DNA from: an uncultured archaeon | GTDB taxonomy: Archaea; Thermoproteota; Bathyarchaeia; Bathyarchaeales; Bathycorpusculaceae | Assembly (NCBI GenBank): GCA_963782915.1 | Contig: CAWALK010000001.1 | Coordinates: forward strand, 32,001 to 96,000 | Reading direction: 5' to 3' | DNA: 64,000 nucleotides | Shown: in pieces, positions 63,813 through 64,000 of the stretch | Layout: each line of letters opens with the position of its first letter | How positions within the stretch are numbered: position 1 is the stretch's first letter | Program-made: the position numbers and the translations under genes | Notes under the pieces: generated by a model | Database searches by the model: none | The model's input: only the letters and a program-made list of their open reading frames with translations | Told to the model about the DNA's origin: nothing

Positions 63813-64000
63813 ATTCTTTTTCCTTTTTCCCAATAATACAAAAACAAATCTTTAACCCAACCCATAAAAACTGGGTCTATGCCGTAGAAGGCTGAGTAAT
63901 CCATTTTTCCACCGTTTAGGCGCAGGCAAATCATCGCTTCTTTTTCGCTCAAAGCTATGACTATGGGTATTTCGGGTAACCCTCGGATTTCCATGTTCGC
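63809..64000 (-). CDS. C-terminus of a DUF1724/FilR1-like archaeal regulator (5' end outside the window)
   Basis: SEKEA.ICL..GGKMDY..F..DP.F..W..DLF.YYWE. Confidence 0.65.
   Translation of the reverse strand, partial: ANMEIRGLPEIPIVIALSEKEAMICLRLNGGKMDYSAFYGIDPVFMGWVKDLFLYYWEKGKRI

Overview
Archaeal chromosomal DNA, probably Bathyarchaeia (TACK). This is inferred from dph5, wHTH-fused CTP-dependent riboflavin kinase, RibL, DUF357, Rpo5, thiolase/DUF35, SufCB and lineage-typical surface proteins. More than 20 genes, some essential, are split by single-base indels mostly in homopolymers, so this looks like an unpolished long-read assembly; I treat them as intact CDS. Gene content: a CbbQ/NorQ-type AAA+ and VWA pair divergent from cheY-cheD-cheC-cheR; an Fe-S/Isf/Hcp redox block; a repeat surface protein beside SGNH-SGNH-acyltransferase-3; ABC transporter, hybrid kinase and HtpX; flavin, diphthamide and cobamide housekeeping genes; an MNT-HEPN pair; thiolase-DUF35; a DUF4011 helicase (Hhe-like); SufCB; MgtA. 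Top candidates: (1) a stand-alone Rpo5/RpoH with a eukaryotic RPB5-like N-terminal jaw domain; (2) a TasA/AbpA-like fibre operon with a SipW fused to a multi-TM domain; (3) two families of dispersed, modular intergenic repeats (9 and 3 copies); (4) a split OatA/OafA-like O-acylation module; (5) MgtA with a wHTH-like C-terminal tail and a candidate structured RNA. No rRNA, tRNA, CRISPR array or transposase was recognised. All family calls are from motif recognition by eye, not database searches.
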